Shown one piece after another: positions 26,981 to 38,521 of a stretch of DNA of 64,000 bases. The stretch lies in assembly GCF_009914755.1 (NCBI RefSeq), contig NC_060936.1; one strand, written 5' to 3'. The notes beneath the pieces are model-generated. The model searched no databases. It was not told the DNA's origin and worked only from the letters and a program-made list of their open reading frames with translations. The translations under genes were made by a program, and so were the position numbers. Source of the stretch: the human T2T-CHM13v2.0 reference genome, Homo sapiens. Within the stretch, counting starts at the first letter, position 1; every line of letters begins with the position of its first letter.

Positions 26981-29900
26981 AGTTGCCCTTTGAAGACTAA
27001 CTGTAGCTTATTGAGCCCTTTTGGTATACCTAGCACCATGGTAAGAAGAGACAAATGAAAAGTTTTCTCATTCAGTGCTGTCTATAACCCTGGAAGGCTT
27101 GGTCCTACGAGATCAAGGACTCAAGTCTTTCTCGGGTCCTTTGTCTCTTCTTTGTCTCGGTTCAGTGTCTCTTCTCTGCTCAGCTACTTTCTTCTTCTTC
27201 TCTTTGCAGACTTAACTTTTGCTCTTTCTTTGGGCACCTGGTGACAGCTCCTGAGGCTACAGGTCCATAGTCTAAGTGATCAGCAAAGATGTGAATGTCT
27301 CAAATCCCAACTCCATATTTCTGGGGCCAAGAATGGATTGACCAGTTTTAGATCTGAGCCTACCTATTATCCACCGGCAGTGCCAGTGGGAAGGGTAATA
27401 TGCTGCAAACACAGCCCCTAGGGTCTGCCTCTGTAAGCAAGGGGTGGGTGTCACATACTAGACAGATTCCTCAAAATGTGTCCTCCACACCTACCTTAGG
27501 TAGTCACCAATCATTGCACCAACTCATTGAACCTTTATCTTTTTCTGAAGTCTGGGCAAAGGGTATTGTCATGAGAAGAGGTAAATGTTTTGTTTAGTTG
27601 GCCAAAGTTGTGGCAGAGAATGACTACCTACTAAGAAACTGTCATGACAGGTTTAGCATACGGTTAAGAGTGCAGGCCCCAGAGCCAGGCTTCCTGGGCT
27701 CGAAGCCTGTTCCACCACTTGCTAGCTGTGTGATGCTGCACAGATGACTTAACTTCTCTGATTTCCTAATCTGTAAAATGGGGCTAACAAGTGGAACCTT
27801 TCTTATAGGGTTGTTGTAAGGATTACAAGTTACTCTCTAGACAGTGTCTGTCACATAGTTGGTGCTCAATAAATACTAGCTCACATTATTATTAGGGTGC
27901 TATGTATTTTAAAAACAGTAGCTCATTTAACCCTCCTACCTTTCCAATGAGGCAGGGTGGATTGGCTCTATTTTGCAGGTGAGAAAACTGAGTCACAGAG
28001 AGGCCCCTTGCTGAAGATCACACAGCCACCACCGCCCTGAGGCAGGTTCAGATGCAGGAGTGTGTGACTCTGGCCCTGACCCCTTTCCACGTTTCCTCTC
28101 CGTGGCCATTCCTGTCCATAGTGGCCCACCCTGACCCTGCAACAAGCGAAGATGGCTGTAAAGATTGCCCATGGAGCAAGAGGCACTAGAGTCATTACCC
28201 AGATAAACAAAATTTTAATATTTATTTATAACGGACACCATATGCTCCCTCTGATTTTTTTATTTAATTACATCATGGCAGATGGCTGGGTGTTAAAGGC
28301 CATTAAGCTAATGGCACTTTGCCTTCTCATTTATTTTCTTGAGTTTTGGGGAAGATAAATGAAAATGGACATGGTTGGCAGGCTGTGAGCGTAGGGTAGT
28401 GCTGAGTGAGTTTCCTTCCTGGGAACAGAGGGAAGTGTGGGGACCCAGGGGATTCTTTCTGGAGGTGGGGTGAGCAAGTGTAGGGGGCAACATACGGGTG
28501 TGCCTAGGAACCTGGTGAAGCTTTCCTGGTGTGTACATGCTTCCTGGTCAAAAAAGTGGGATTGTTGTGTCAAAGATTCTGCAGAATTGTTGCATCAAAG
28601 ATCTGCAGAACCACAATATATCCATCATGAGCACGATGGAATCATTAAACTACAGCACACCAATGAATGGAAGGGTGTGTCCCAGAGAGGGTCCACCCAC
28701 TGTACGGGGTGCAAAAGCCTTCCCTAGGGTTAGCTGGGTTACTAAAATTCTGGATTCCTAAGACAATGAGGGAAAGGATTTGGCATTTATAATGGCATTT
28801 CTTCTCAAGCTGTTTCATTAAGTCTTTCACTTGCCAAATGGCTGGTCCACCACCAAGAAGGGTGAGAAAGAACTTTGATTAAAGGAATTGGGGGTTATCT
28901 ACCTGAGAAGTGTTCGAGGCATGGCCATCCATATCTTCAGGCTCAGAAAGGTTCCTTTCATCAAGGCTTGGATTCAACTGAGGGATTAGTGGTTAAGACA
29001 GGGAATAGCTGCCTTGCTGGTCTGCATAGTGTCCGCCATGGCATCATGACACTGAGGCTCAGTTTTGCACTTGAATTCATGCTCCACTTTTTGTGTGTCT
29101 GGGCAAGTTACTTAATCTCTGTGAACTTTAGCTTTCTCATCTGTAAAGTGGGTATAATATGCCGATGTCTCATCATTGTTGAAAGGTCCTATATTGCTTT
29201 CCGGGGATCTGTATAAAGATTTACATACAGGATGTTTATCATAGCGTTACTTATTTATAAAAGAGGGAAGACTGGAAATATTTTACATGTCTATGATAAG
29301 GAAAAGGTTGAAAAACCATTGATATGATATGAATCAACCATATTGATTCCTATTCTAAGGAATCAACTATTCCAAGAAATGAATACCACTGATAAGTAGT
29401 TCATTTAGGAAATAAAGAGTATACTTACTCCTGTCCTTCCCTGAGCGGGGAAGTGAGACAGGGAAGGGAAGAAATCAATAAAGGGTGTATTATTGAGTCA
29501 TCTGTTACAGAGGGTGGTTGAGGCTAAGTCCCACTGGAGAAATACACACTGCAGAGTTATTCCAGCTGAGGAGCAAGGGAGCTGGGGCATTTATACACCA
29601 ACTCCCATCAGTCATATTTGCAGCTGCTTCCAAATGTTAATATTCTAGCATGTCTTGCCTGCCAACCACACAAGCACAAAAAGCATTCAAGGTGCTGGAG
29701 AAACCCCTCAGACAACCAGATGAACATTCAGAATTTAACTCTGTGGGTGGGGCACATATGGCATCTGTTACAGATCTACCAAACTGACCAAAAAGGAAAG
29801 GACTGACAACATTAAGTGTTGGTGTGGATTTGGAGCAGCAGGAATGCTCAAACTGTACTGGGGAAGTTGTGACTACAGCAACCTTGGAAAAAAACTGGCA

Positions 29901-30870
29901 TCTTTTAGGATAATCATAAGATGCTCATACAAAAACAAAAACAAACAGACAAAAACTAGCGCTTTCACTCCTAGGTATACATGCACTCTACATTAATTAT
30001 TATATACATGCATCAGGAGGGAGGTATAGGAATGTCTGCAGCAACTGGCAAGAGGAATCCATTCTATCCAAGCCACATGAGCTGAGAATTAATGAGGGAG
30101 AAATTCCGTGAAGGAAAATAGAGTCCTTGTATCAGAATGAAGGGGCACTGAACAGGCAAAACCACATGTATTCTCCAGAAATTATTATAAGATGTAGCAT
30201 TTGCACCTAATACATATAGATATGATATATTTGTATATATTGACTTATTTAGTTCTCACGCTAACCCTAAGAGATAAATTATATTACATCATCACTCTAT
30301 AGATGGGGAAACTGATGTTCAAAGAAGTTAATGACCACCTCAAAGAATGATAGTGGGGATTAAAAGGCACAATGGGAATAAGATGACTGGCATATAGTAT
30401 GCGCTCAACAAACACCAGTGACTTCTGATATTTTTATTATTAGAACAAGACTGAAATTTTACCTGGGCTCCCCAGTTTCTTGGAAACTTCCCAGATGGGT
30501 CTCCTACCCAGAACTCTTAAGAAATCAAACCTTCATGAACCTGATTTCTCAATAGCTATTTCTCGGTGAAGCTTGGGTGGTCTGGGGGTCAGTTGGTCGC
30601 TGGGCCTGCCCAGTCCCTCCGAACTGCCTCTGCCCCCCAAGTCAGGTGCTGGGGATTACAGAGAGGGAGTCAGCCCCCTACCCAGCCTCACAGGCTTCCA
30701 TTCTGGCCTACCCTAGCCAATAGAACCTGGAAGGGGGAGGCATAATTTTACTCCCAGGGGAGGTAAGGAACCACAGGGCAGGCTATGCCTCTGTTTTTCT
30801 TTCCCCTGCAGGCAGCTCTTCCCCACCCATCTTCAAGTTGGCAGCTCAACACCAGAGCCTCATTCTGGTG

Positions 30871-30880
30871 CTAAAAATAG
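30871..30880 (+). promoter_or_regulatory. MEF2 consensus site
   Basis: CTAAAAATAG in unique-looking sequence. Confidence 0.35.
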
Positions 30881-33639
30881 TCTGTGTTTAGACACTTTGA
30901 GGCTCCTGCTGGAAACATGAACTGCAGTAACCAAATGCTGCCACTCCCACAAAGGGGGCCTCTCAGCCTCCTCCCTGTGGAAACTCATGCCAGCCCTGGG
31001 GGGGAGGCAGAGTAGAGGTCGTCCACCACATTTAACAGATGGGGAAACTGAGGCTTAGAGAGGTGTCACATAAAATAAAGGGGGATGAAGTCGTGATAGC
31101 CAGCCCTGTGGATTGTCTCATCGAATCCTCCCCACACCTCTGGGAGGGGCATTCTATGGTTGACTTAACTTTATAGAGAGAAGATGGCAGCTCAGAGAGA
31201 TGAAGTCCCCTGTCTGGACCTCACACCTGTAAGTGAATGACAGGAGGGGATATTAATACAATTATAATCCTCAACATGCTATGAACAAATAGAGACAGAG
31301 AGAAGTGGGTTGCTGAAGGCCAACAGCCCCTGTCTCACCCAGGGTTGTAGACACATTATCTGTGGATTGTGAAGAAACATCACACCTGCCTTGCAGCTAT
31401 CCCAGAGGGAGGAATATGGGAGAACGTATTTGTAAAACCTTCAAACACAGTATCCAGCATATAGTAGGTATTCAACAAATGCAGTTAGTTTCATTTCCCC
31501 ATTACCTTTGAGGCAGAATTTCTCTCTGGAGAGAGATAGCAGAAAGGGACAATGACAGACTAGAGAGAGACTTGGAGAGACAGAGATGGAGAGAGAGGCA
31601 GGAGAGAGAGAATGACAGATGGATGTGGGAGGCAGGGGAGTCTGGGATACCTTTGAGGATATGGGGCTTTGGCTCAGCCGAATCCTGGAACCCTTGAACC
31701 CCAGAACCACCCAGTGCTGAGTAACACAAATGCTACCTCCACAGAGCCCTGGATTTACAGTTCTCCAAGGCTGTCACCTGAGTGTTTTGGCCAGTGTGTG
31801 AAGCCATGGTTGTAGGTGTAAGCCCTGGGGGGATGAACCTGACTCTTTTTACTCATTTTTCTCTACCAGTGTTTCTTGGGACCCTCCTATGTATCAAATA
31901 GCCTTATCCCCTCCATGGGGCTCAGCTTCCAGGGGGCTCTTCCTCTGGGCGAGCCCCTGCCTCCTCCTAGCACCGGCAGGATGCTGTGGGATGGCTCAGG
32001 TCAGCACCTTCCCTCCCCAGGAGAAAAGGGAGCTCTGAAAGTGGGGGGTGGACACAGCCCCTCTCCACACGGTCCACATCCCTCCGGCAGATCTCCTTCA
32101 TTTTCCACATCACCCATGCCTCAGTCTCATTCTGTTCCCTGCCAGCCCCTAATGAGCTCATTATCCTCTTAAAGCCCCTTTCGCACCCACTTAGAGAAGA
32201 GATGTGTTGGAATATGAAAGAACGAAGAGGGAACAATGAAAAAGGACTAGACCCAGAAATATCCTGAGAGAGGCAGAAAGCCACAGGGAACACTACAGCT
32301 GAAAACTTTGCTGTCTCCACGACAGCAAATGTGCTGAGGTGGCAAATGGCTTTCAAGTGTCTCACATGTGCCCTTGAGGGGCGGAGGTGGGGCTTATCTT
32401 GAGCATCTCCTATGCATCAGGTATTCCTCCTACAATGTTTAATTCAGTCCTTCCAGCAACATACTTTTTAGGGGAGAAGTCAAGATCCTTTAGGCCACTT
32501 TACAGGTGAGGAACCTGAGTCTTGCTGAGAAGGGATGTCTTGCCCCAGTCACTCACCTGGGGTAATGGAAGAGGCAGGATTTGAACCCAGGTCTGTTTGC
32601 CTGTGGAGTCCACCTCTGTTCTTGCCTGAGTGCCTCTGGAAGGGCTGGTGTCCCCTTGCCCATCCCACGAGGACTGCTGGCTTTTTCTCATCCCATCCCA
32701 GCTGCAGAAACATCTGGCACGTGTTGGCACGACCATGAAACCTCAGTGGATTCTCATGTGTGTTTTTAGAACACAGTCCCAACTCCTGAGCTTGGCATCC
32801 AAGGCTTCCCATGGTCTGGCTCCTGCCCACTGCTTGGCTGTGTTCCCAGCCCACAGTCCCCCAAGCTCCTTTGTTTCTTACCCCTCAGTGATGCACCCTC
32901 ATGTGGGCTGTTCCTCTTCCCTGGGCTAACCTTCTGTTGCTCCTTCACCCAGAGAATTTTGACTCCTTTTGCAAGACCTACTGGCTCAAAGACTCCTCCC
33001 TGGGGAAGCCCTCTATGGTTCCCCCAGGCAGTTGCAGACCCTCACTTCCCTGGGCTCCCACATTCCATGGCTTCTCAACCCAGGGTCCAAACCCCACCCT
33101 GATATTTTAAGCCAAATTCTGGGAGCTTATGTGCAAGGGCTTTTTTTTTTTCTGGGCATATATCTATAGTTGTCATGAGATCCTCAAAGAGTTACAAGAC
33201 CAGAATAGACATACGGTTAGGAATATAGGCTTTGAAATCAGGTGGCACTGGGTTTACCATCCTGCTGCCACTTACTAGCTCTGTGACCCTGAACAAGTTA
33301 CCTAATCTCTCTGATACTCATTCCCCTCTTGTGTAAAAATAGATATAGGTCTCCCTCATAGAAATGTTTAAATGAGAGTATGTATATGTGTAGAAGAATG
33401 TCTGGCATGTATTAACTGTCCAATAAACATTAACTATAATATTGATTGCTGTATCCTGTACACACATCTACTATGGGATTTATCATAGTCTGTCTAGCAT
33501 AGTGATTGTTTACATTGCTTTCTCCCTCAGTTGACTCTGAATTCTCTGAAAGCAGGGACTGTGAATTATTTATTCCTGCATCTCAAACACACACATAGTA
33601 GGCAATCAGCATATGTTTTTAAATAAATGGAAGAATGAG

Positions 33640-33992
33640 TGGATGACTGGATGGGTGGAGAGTTGGATGGATGGATGGATGGGCTGCTATAGTTCAGATG
33701 GATAGATGAATGGATGTATAGTTGGACAGATTAATGAATAGATTAATGGTAGGTGGATGGATGGTTCAATGAATAGATGGGTAGGTGAACTGCCGGAAGG
33801 CAAATGGATGGATGGATGGATGGATAGATGGATGGATGGACGGATGGGTTAACGAATGGATGGGTGGGTGGATGCTGGATGACAGACAGATGAATGGTTG
33901 GATGGATGGATGGGTGGATGGATAGAGGGTTGGCTTAATGACTGGATGGGTAGGTGGACTGCTGGATGACAGACGGATGGATAGATGGACAG
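33640..33992. repeat. Degenerate (GGAT)n repeat between L2 fragments
   Basis: Long tgga/gatg runs. Confidence 0.9.
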
Positions 33993-34232
33993 ATAGTTTG
34001 ACTTTACAAAGGCATGGATTTTTGTCTGTTTTGTTCACTTATTTATTCCAAGTGCCTACGAGGGTGACATAGTATGTGCTCAGTACTTAGTTCTTGAATA
34101 AATGGGATGGCAGACTCTACCTTAAACCACAGTTAAATGCCCACACTACTGTCTGGATTAGGAGAGTATGTTACAATTTGTATCTTCCATTGGCTGACTA
34201 TGGAATCTCAGGCGTTGGCTAAGATGGTCATG

Positions 34233-34246
34233 GGGCCCCCTGCTGG
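34233..34246 (-). promoter_or_regulatory. CTCF-like core motif
   Basis: Minus strand CCAGCAGGGGGCCC matches CCASYAGRKGGCRS at 13/14 positions. Confidence 0.45.
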
Positions 34247-34931
34247 TGGTAATATGAAAAAGCATTGGCTAAATGGGGTTTTCTGTTTTCTAATTTACAT
34301 TCTATTTTTCCTCTTGACTGATGATCCTGAACATTTACTCATAAAGCTGTGGTACTCAACTCTCTGTGCTCATTACCATTATCTGAGAGCACCTGGTTAC
34401 AGATGTGGGTTTCCCCCTCAACCAGACATTCTGGTTGGAAAGGTTAGGAATCTATATTCACCAGGCTCTCAGGTGATTCTGAATCAGTTGTTTCTCAGAC
34501 CCACACCCGGGAGACCCTGACAAAGGGTGAGCCATGCTGGTGACCGGGAGGCTGTAAGGATGGGCTACCGTCTGGGGGGCTGTCTCTGAATTCTCAAGTG
34601 ATGTCCAGACTATGTGGGAAAGAGGCAGAGTCAAAGAGACACTGGTTAAGAGCTGTGATTTGCGATTTGGACTGTCCTGGGTCCAGATCCCAGCTCCATC
34701 ACTCACCAGCTGTGTGACCTCCATTTCCTCATCTGTAAAGAAGAGAAATAGTTACCTCTCATAGGAATGTTGGGAGCAATAAAGGAGACAAGTGTAGATG
34801 GCTGGGCACAAAGCTGAGCACATGGTAGACACTCAATAAACACTGAATGGACAAATATGCTGCTAAATAACCCTACTTTCCTTCTTTTTCCTTTTCCTTC
34901 TTGGATAGAGGAGAGGGGCTATGGATTTTAT

Positions 34932-35069
34932 TTCTCCCACTAGAATGTGAGCTCTATGAAAGAGGGGATTTTGCCTCTGCCGCTCACAGCTTAATTTCCA
35001 GCACCTAGGACAGTGCCTCACACAAAGTAGGTCTCACTGAGTGTTTGTTGGGAAAAAAAATGAATGAAT
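34932..35069 (+). mobile_element. L2 3' end
   Basis: cactagaatgtgagctctatga...cagcacctaggacagtgcct...tgaatgaat. Confidence 0.75.
34997..35017 (+). promoter_or_regulatory. Near-consensus RE1-like motif inside an L2 3' end
   Basis: TCCAGCACCTAGGACAGTGCC, one core mismatch. Confidence 0.4.
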
Positions 35070-35488
35070 CTGGTCTGGTTCAGAATTGCCCAGGTTCAGC
35101 AGGTAGTTCAGCAAGGACCTTGAAAGTACTTTTCAGACTTAAGGTAATCCTTGGATCAGTATATATTTGACAAATATATAGGAAGTATGGAGCAAAGCAA
35201 ACCACTGGCCCATAAGAACCTGTGCTTGTCCAAGACAAAGTTTGTCCCCAACTAGGGCCCACTAGGATCCAGGTCCCTAAATTCCCAGTTTGGTGTCAAG
35301 AAAAAGGCAGTGTTCTAGAAGACTCAGGGATGCTCTTTATCTAGCACTGCTCTTAAACTGTTTCATGCCATTGGTGGTTTCCTCCTCTCTCCGGGCCTCT
35401 GCATTTCCCTGTAGGATGCTCAAGAACCCTGTGGGTTCTGTGCTTTGGTGAAGGGGCTTCTCATGCCTGTGTCTCTGCTGTTTTGCAG

Positions 35489-36039
35489 GTGGCATCCCTG
35501 AGTCCTGATGCCTGACTGGATGGAGGCCCACCAGCTTCTGTTCCCATGAGGTAGAAAGGCCAAGCTTGGTCTTCAGCTGGGGAAGAGGCCAGAAACAAGG
35601 CCCCCAGTGAAATAACCCAGATCCATTGGCCTGAGGAGCAGAGAAAGGGCAAGAAGTGAACTGCAGCTGCTGGTAACCCTCAGAAACCTTCTCCAAGTGC
35701 TATTCTCACAGTTCTTTAGGAACACTCTGAAGTGAAGAACAATATGTAGGAAAATGGGACCAACTTATGTGTGTTCTGAGCCTCAAAACCCCCTTGTTGG
35801 CCCAAAGAAGCTCACCTTCAGTTTGGGAGGGCTGGTAAGCTCCATCCTTTCTCATGGCCTCAGCCAAGCATTGAACTTGCCCTCCCCTTCTGGCCTTGGT
35901 GATCACTTTTTCAGGAAGAGTGAGACTGAGGACCCCCAAGTGTTCCATCCCTAAGGAAAGCTTGGGAAACCAAGCCCCTTCCATCCTCTCCCAAGCACCC
36001 CAGCCAAGCCCCAGAGAGCCAGTCCGGAATGATCCCACT
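35489..36039 (+). other. WSCD2: WSCD2 5'UTR portion of the first coding exon
   Basis: Polypyrimidine tract and acceptor (tctctgctgttttgcAG, AG at 35487-35488), followed by non-repetitive sequence running to the ATG at 36040. The 551-nt length matches my recollection of the WSCD2 exon 2 UTR. Confidence 0.75.
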
Positions 36040-36421
36040 ATGGCCAAGCTCTGGTTCAAATTCCAGCGGTACTTCCGCCGGAAACCTGTGCGCTTCTTTA
36101 CCTTCCTGGCACTCTACCTGACTGCTGGGAGCCTTGTCTTCCTTCACTCTGGCTTTGTGGGCCAGCCCGCTGTCTCGGGGAACCAGGCGAACCCCGCTGC
36201 TGCAGGAGGCCCAGCTGAGGGTGCTGAGCTGTCCTTCTTGGGTGACATGCATCTGGGCAGAGGTTTCCGGGACACAGGTGAAGCCTCAAGCATTGCTCGC
36301 AGGTACGGACCCTGGTTCAAGGGCAAGGATGGGAATGAGAGAGCCAAGCTTGGCGACTACGGTGGAGCCTGGAGCCGAGCCCTCAAGGGGAGGGTTGTCC
36401 GGGAGAAGGAGGAAGAGCGAG
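36040..36421 (+). CDS. WSCD2: WSCD2 coding exon 1 (382 nt): cytoplasmic tail, type II signal anchor and stem of WSC-domain protein 2 (proposed Golgi sialate O-sulfotransferase)
   Basis: Strong Kozak context (actATGG). Translation MAKLWFKFQRYFRRKPVR-FFTFLALYLTAGSLVFL...REKEEER is recognised as the WSCD2 N-terminus. Donor CGAG|GTAAGA at 36422, phase 1. Confidence 0.96.
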
Positions 36422-37979
36422 GTAAGAGCGAGGAACATCTGGACACTGAGGGGCTGGGGAGAAGGGAGGAGATACTAACAATGTAATAACAGCTGTCAGT
36501 TTTCAGTGTTTAATAGGAACCAGCTGTCATATCATTGTAGCTATAAATAGTGCCTGCCATTATCATCCCCATTGCACAGAGGAGAAAATTGAAGCTCAGA
36601 GAGATGAAGCGGCTTGCCCAAGGTCACACAGCTTGTCAAGAGGCAAGTTTGGATTTGAACTCCACATCTATCAGAGGTCAAAGTCTGACTCTCCCCTGTA
36701 GCCTTTTACAGTCCTTGTTAAATATACATGAAAATAAAACAGTCAGCATTTATTGGGTACTTACTAGGCACCAAGTACTGTTTCCAAGCACTTTACATAT
36801 ATAGAAACATCACCACAACTGTAGGTGATAGATTTTATTTATTCCCATTTTAAAGATGAGGAAAGTGGGGTACCAAGAGCACAAGATTACACAGCTAAGT
36901 GGCAGAGCTTCTGCTCCACCAGACTGTCTCTCAGTCCATCTTGCTGGGTCCCTTGGTGATGGATCTCAGGAGAGATCATTGCCCTGGATAGATTTCATTG
37001 CATTTTCTCAGCCATTTATAATCTAAAAAGGCTTTTGTTCATGACTGCATTACCTTATTTGATTTTCACTACACTTCATGGGCTTAAACAAGGCCCCTAT
37101 TATCCTGTGCCCAGCTAACAGATGTGGAAACTGAGGCTTGAAGAAGGGAAGACACTTGCCCAAAGCTGCGCAGCTGGTCAGCAGCAGGAACGGAGTTTAA
37201 ATCTGATTCATCTGGCCTGAATGCTCAGTTCTCTAAGGCTGTCTCCTAGAGTCCACTGGCATCTACCCATCCAACCAGCATGCTAGGGAGGAACCCACAA
37301 CCCCTACAATTCATAAGATTAACACAAATGGACATTTCAGAAATCTGGGCCAGATGGTTTGGGAGAATAAACCACCAATCAAGGCAGATGGAAAATCTCA
37401 CTAGCCTTTGTGTTCTACTGTGATTCAACTCATAAAAAACCCTTCTGCTACCATGGAAGGAAGCAGGATTAATGGAGGGAATTCATCTTGGAACACATTC
37501 TCCTGCCCCAGTCCTGCCCCCAACCTGGCCTGGGAACCATCTAGAAGACTCTATCTTTCTGCCCTCAGGAATTTCCTAGACTTCTGCCTCTTCAAGAACC
37601 AATGCTCACAGGAGGCAAAGGAGATGTTGGAAGTGGTAGAATGGATCAGGGGATGTGGATTCATATTCCAGCTCCACCCCCACCAGCCATGTGGCCCAGG
37701 CAAATGGTTTTACCTTCTCCCGCCTCAGTTTTGAAATCTGTAAAATGGGGATTTTACTGGATGCTCCTGAGAGTTCAATGAGACAAGGGTGATGAAGGCC
37801 TAGCACTGAGTAGATGCTTAGAGGTGCTCAGGAAGTGCTCCTGGGATCTCCCGGGGTATCATCTTATAGGTATAGGTGAGGTGTGAAGTGCTACACCCCA
37901 GCCACTCCAAACTCCATTCTGGCCTTTGAAAGCCCCAAAGTCCTCACCAGCCAGCACCTTGAGATATGGTCCCCATAAT

Positions 37980-38521
37980 GCTTAGGACAAATTCCAGACG
38001 CCTCCCACAGTCCAACTCTGCAACCTCATCTTATAACCCCACTCCCCTCACCATGCTCTGCCCCACTGTCCTTGCAGTTCACTGAACACACCAAGCCTGT
38101 TTCTATCCCAAGATCTCTGTATATGCAGTGCCTTCTATCTGGGATGCCATCTCCCCAGATGTTTGCATAGCTCCCTTCTTCCTTTCCTTCAAGTCTTTAT
38201 TCAAACCTCGACTTCCCATAGAGACCATCCCGGAGCATCCTAACTCAAATAACCCCACTTCCTACCCAGTCACAACCACAATCCCCGACTCTATTTTCAT
38301 CATAACACTTATCACCATCTGAAAGCATCTCATTTATGTGTTTGCCTCTTTGTTTAAGATCAGCCTGTTCTATTGGACTGTCAGCTCCAGGAGGGCAGGG
38401 CTATTACCTGTCCTGCCTGTCTGTGTTCTATCAGCACCCGGGACAGCACCTGGCTAAGTGCTGTTGCTGAATACCTATTTGTTGAATGGGTGAATGACTG
38501 GATGAATAAACGAATGAATGA
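37980..38521 (+). mobile_element. L2 (L2a-like) 3' region
   Basis: cataacacttatcaccatctg...actgtcagctccaggagggcaggg...tatttgttgaatg...gaatgaatg. Confidence 0.75.
38430..38450 (+). promoter_or_regulatory. RE1/NRSE motif inside an L2 3' end
   Basis: ATCAGCACCCGGGACAGCACC has both RE1 half-sites with the canonical 2-nt spacer. Confidence 0.65.

Noticed and set aside
35896-36039. 48-aa N-terminal extension of WSCD2 in the ORF track
   Set aside because: It starts at TTG, not ATG. The ATG at 36040 has strong Kozak context and gives the recognised N-terminus.
36422-36486. C-terminal tail of the 196-aa ORF
   Set aside because: Read-through into the intron past the GTAAGA donor.
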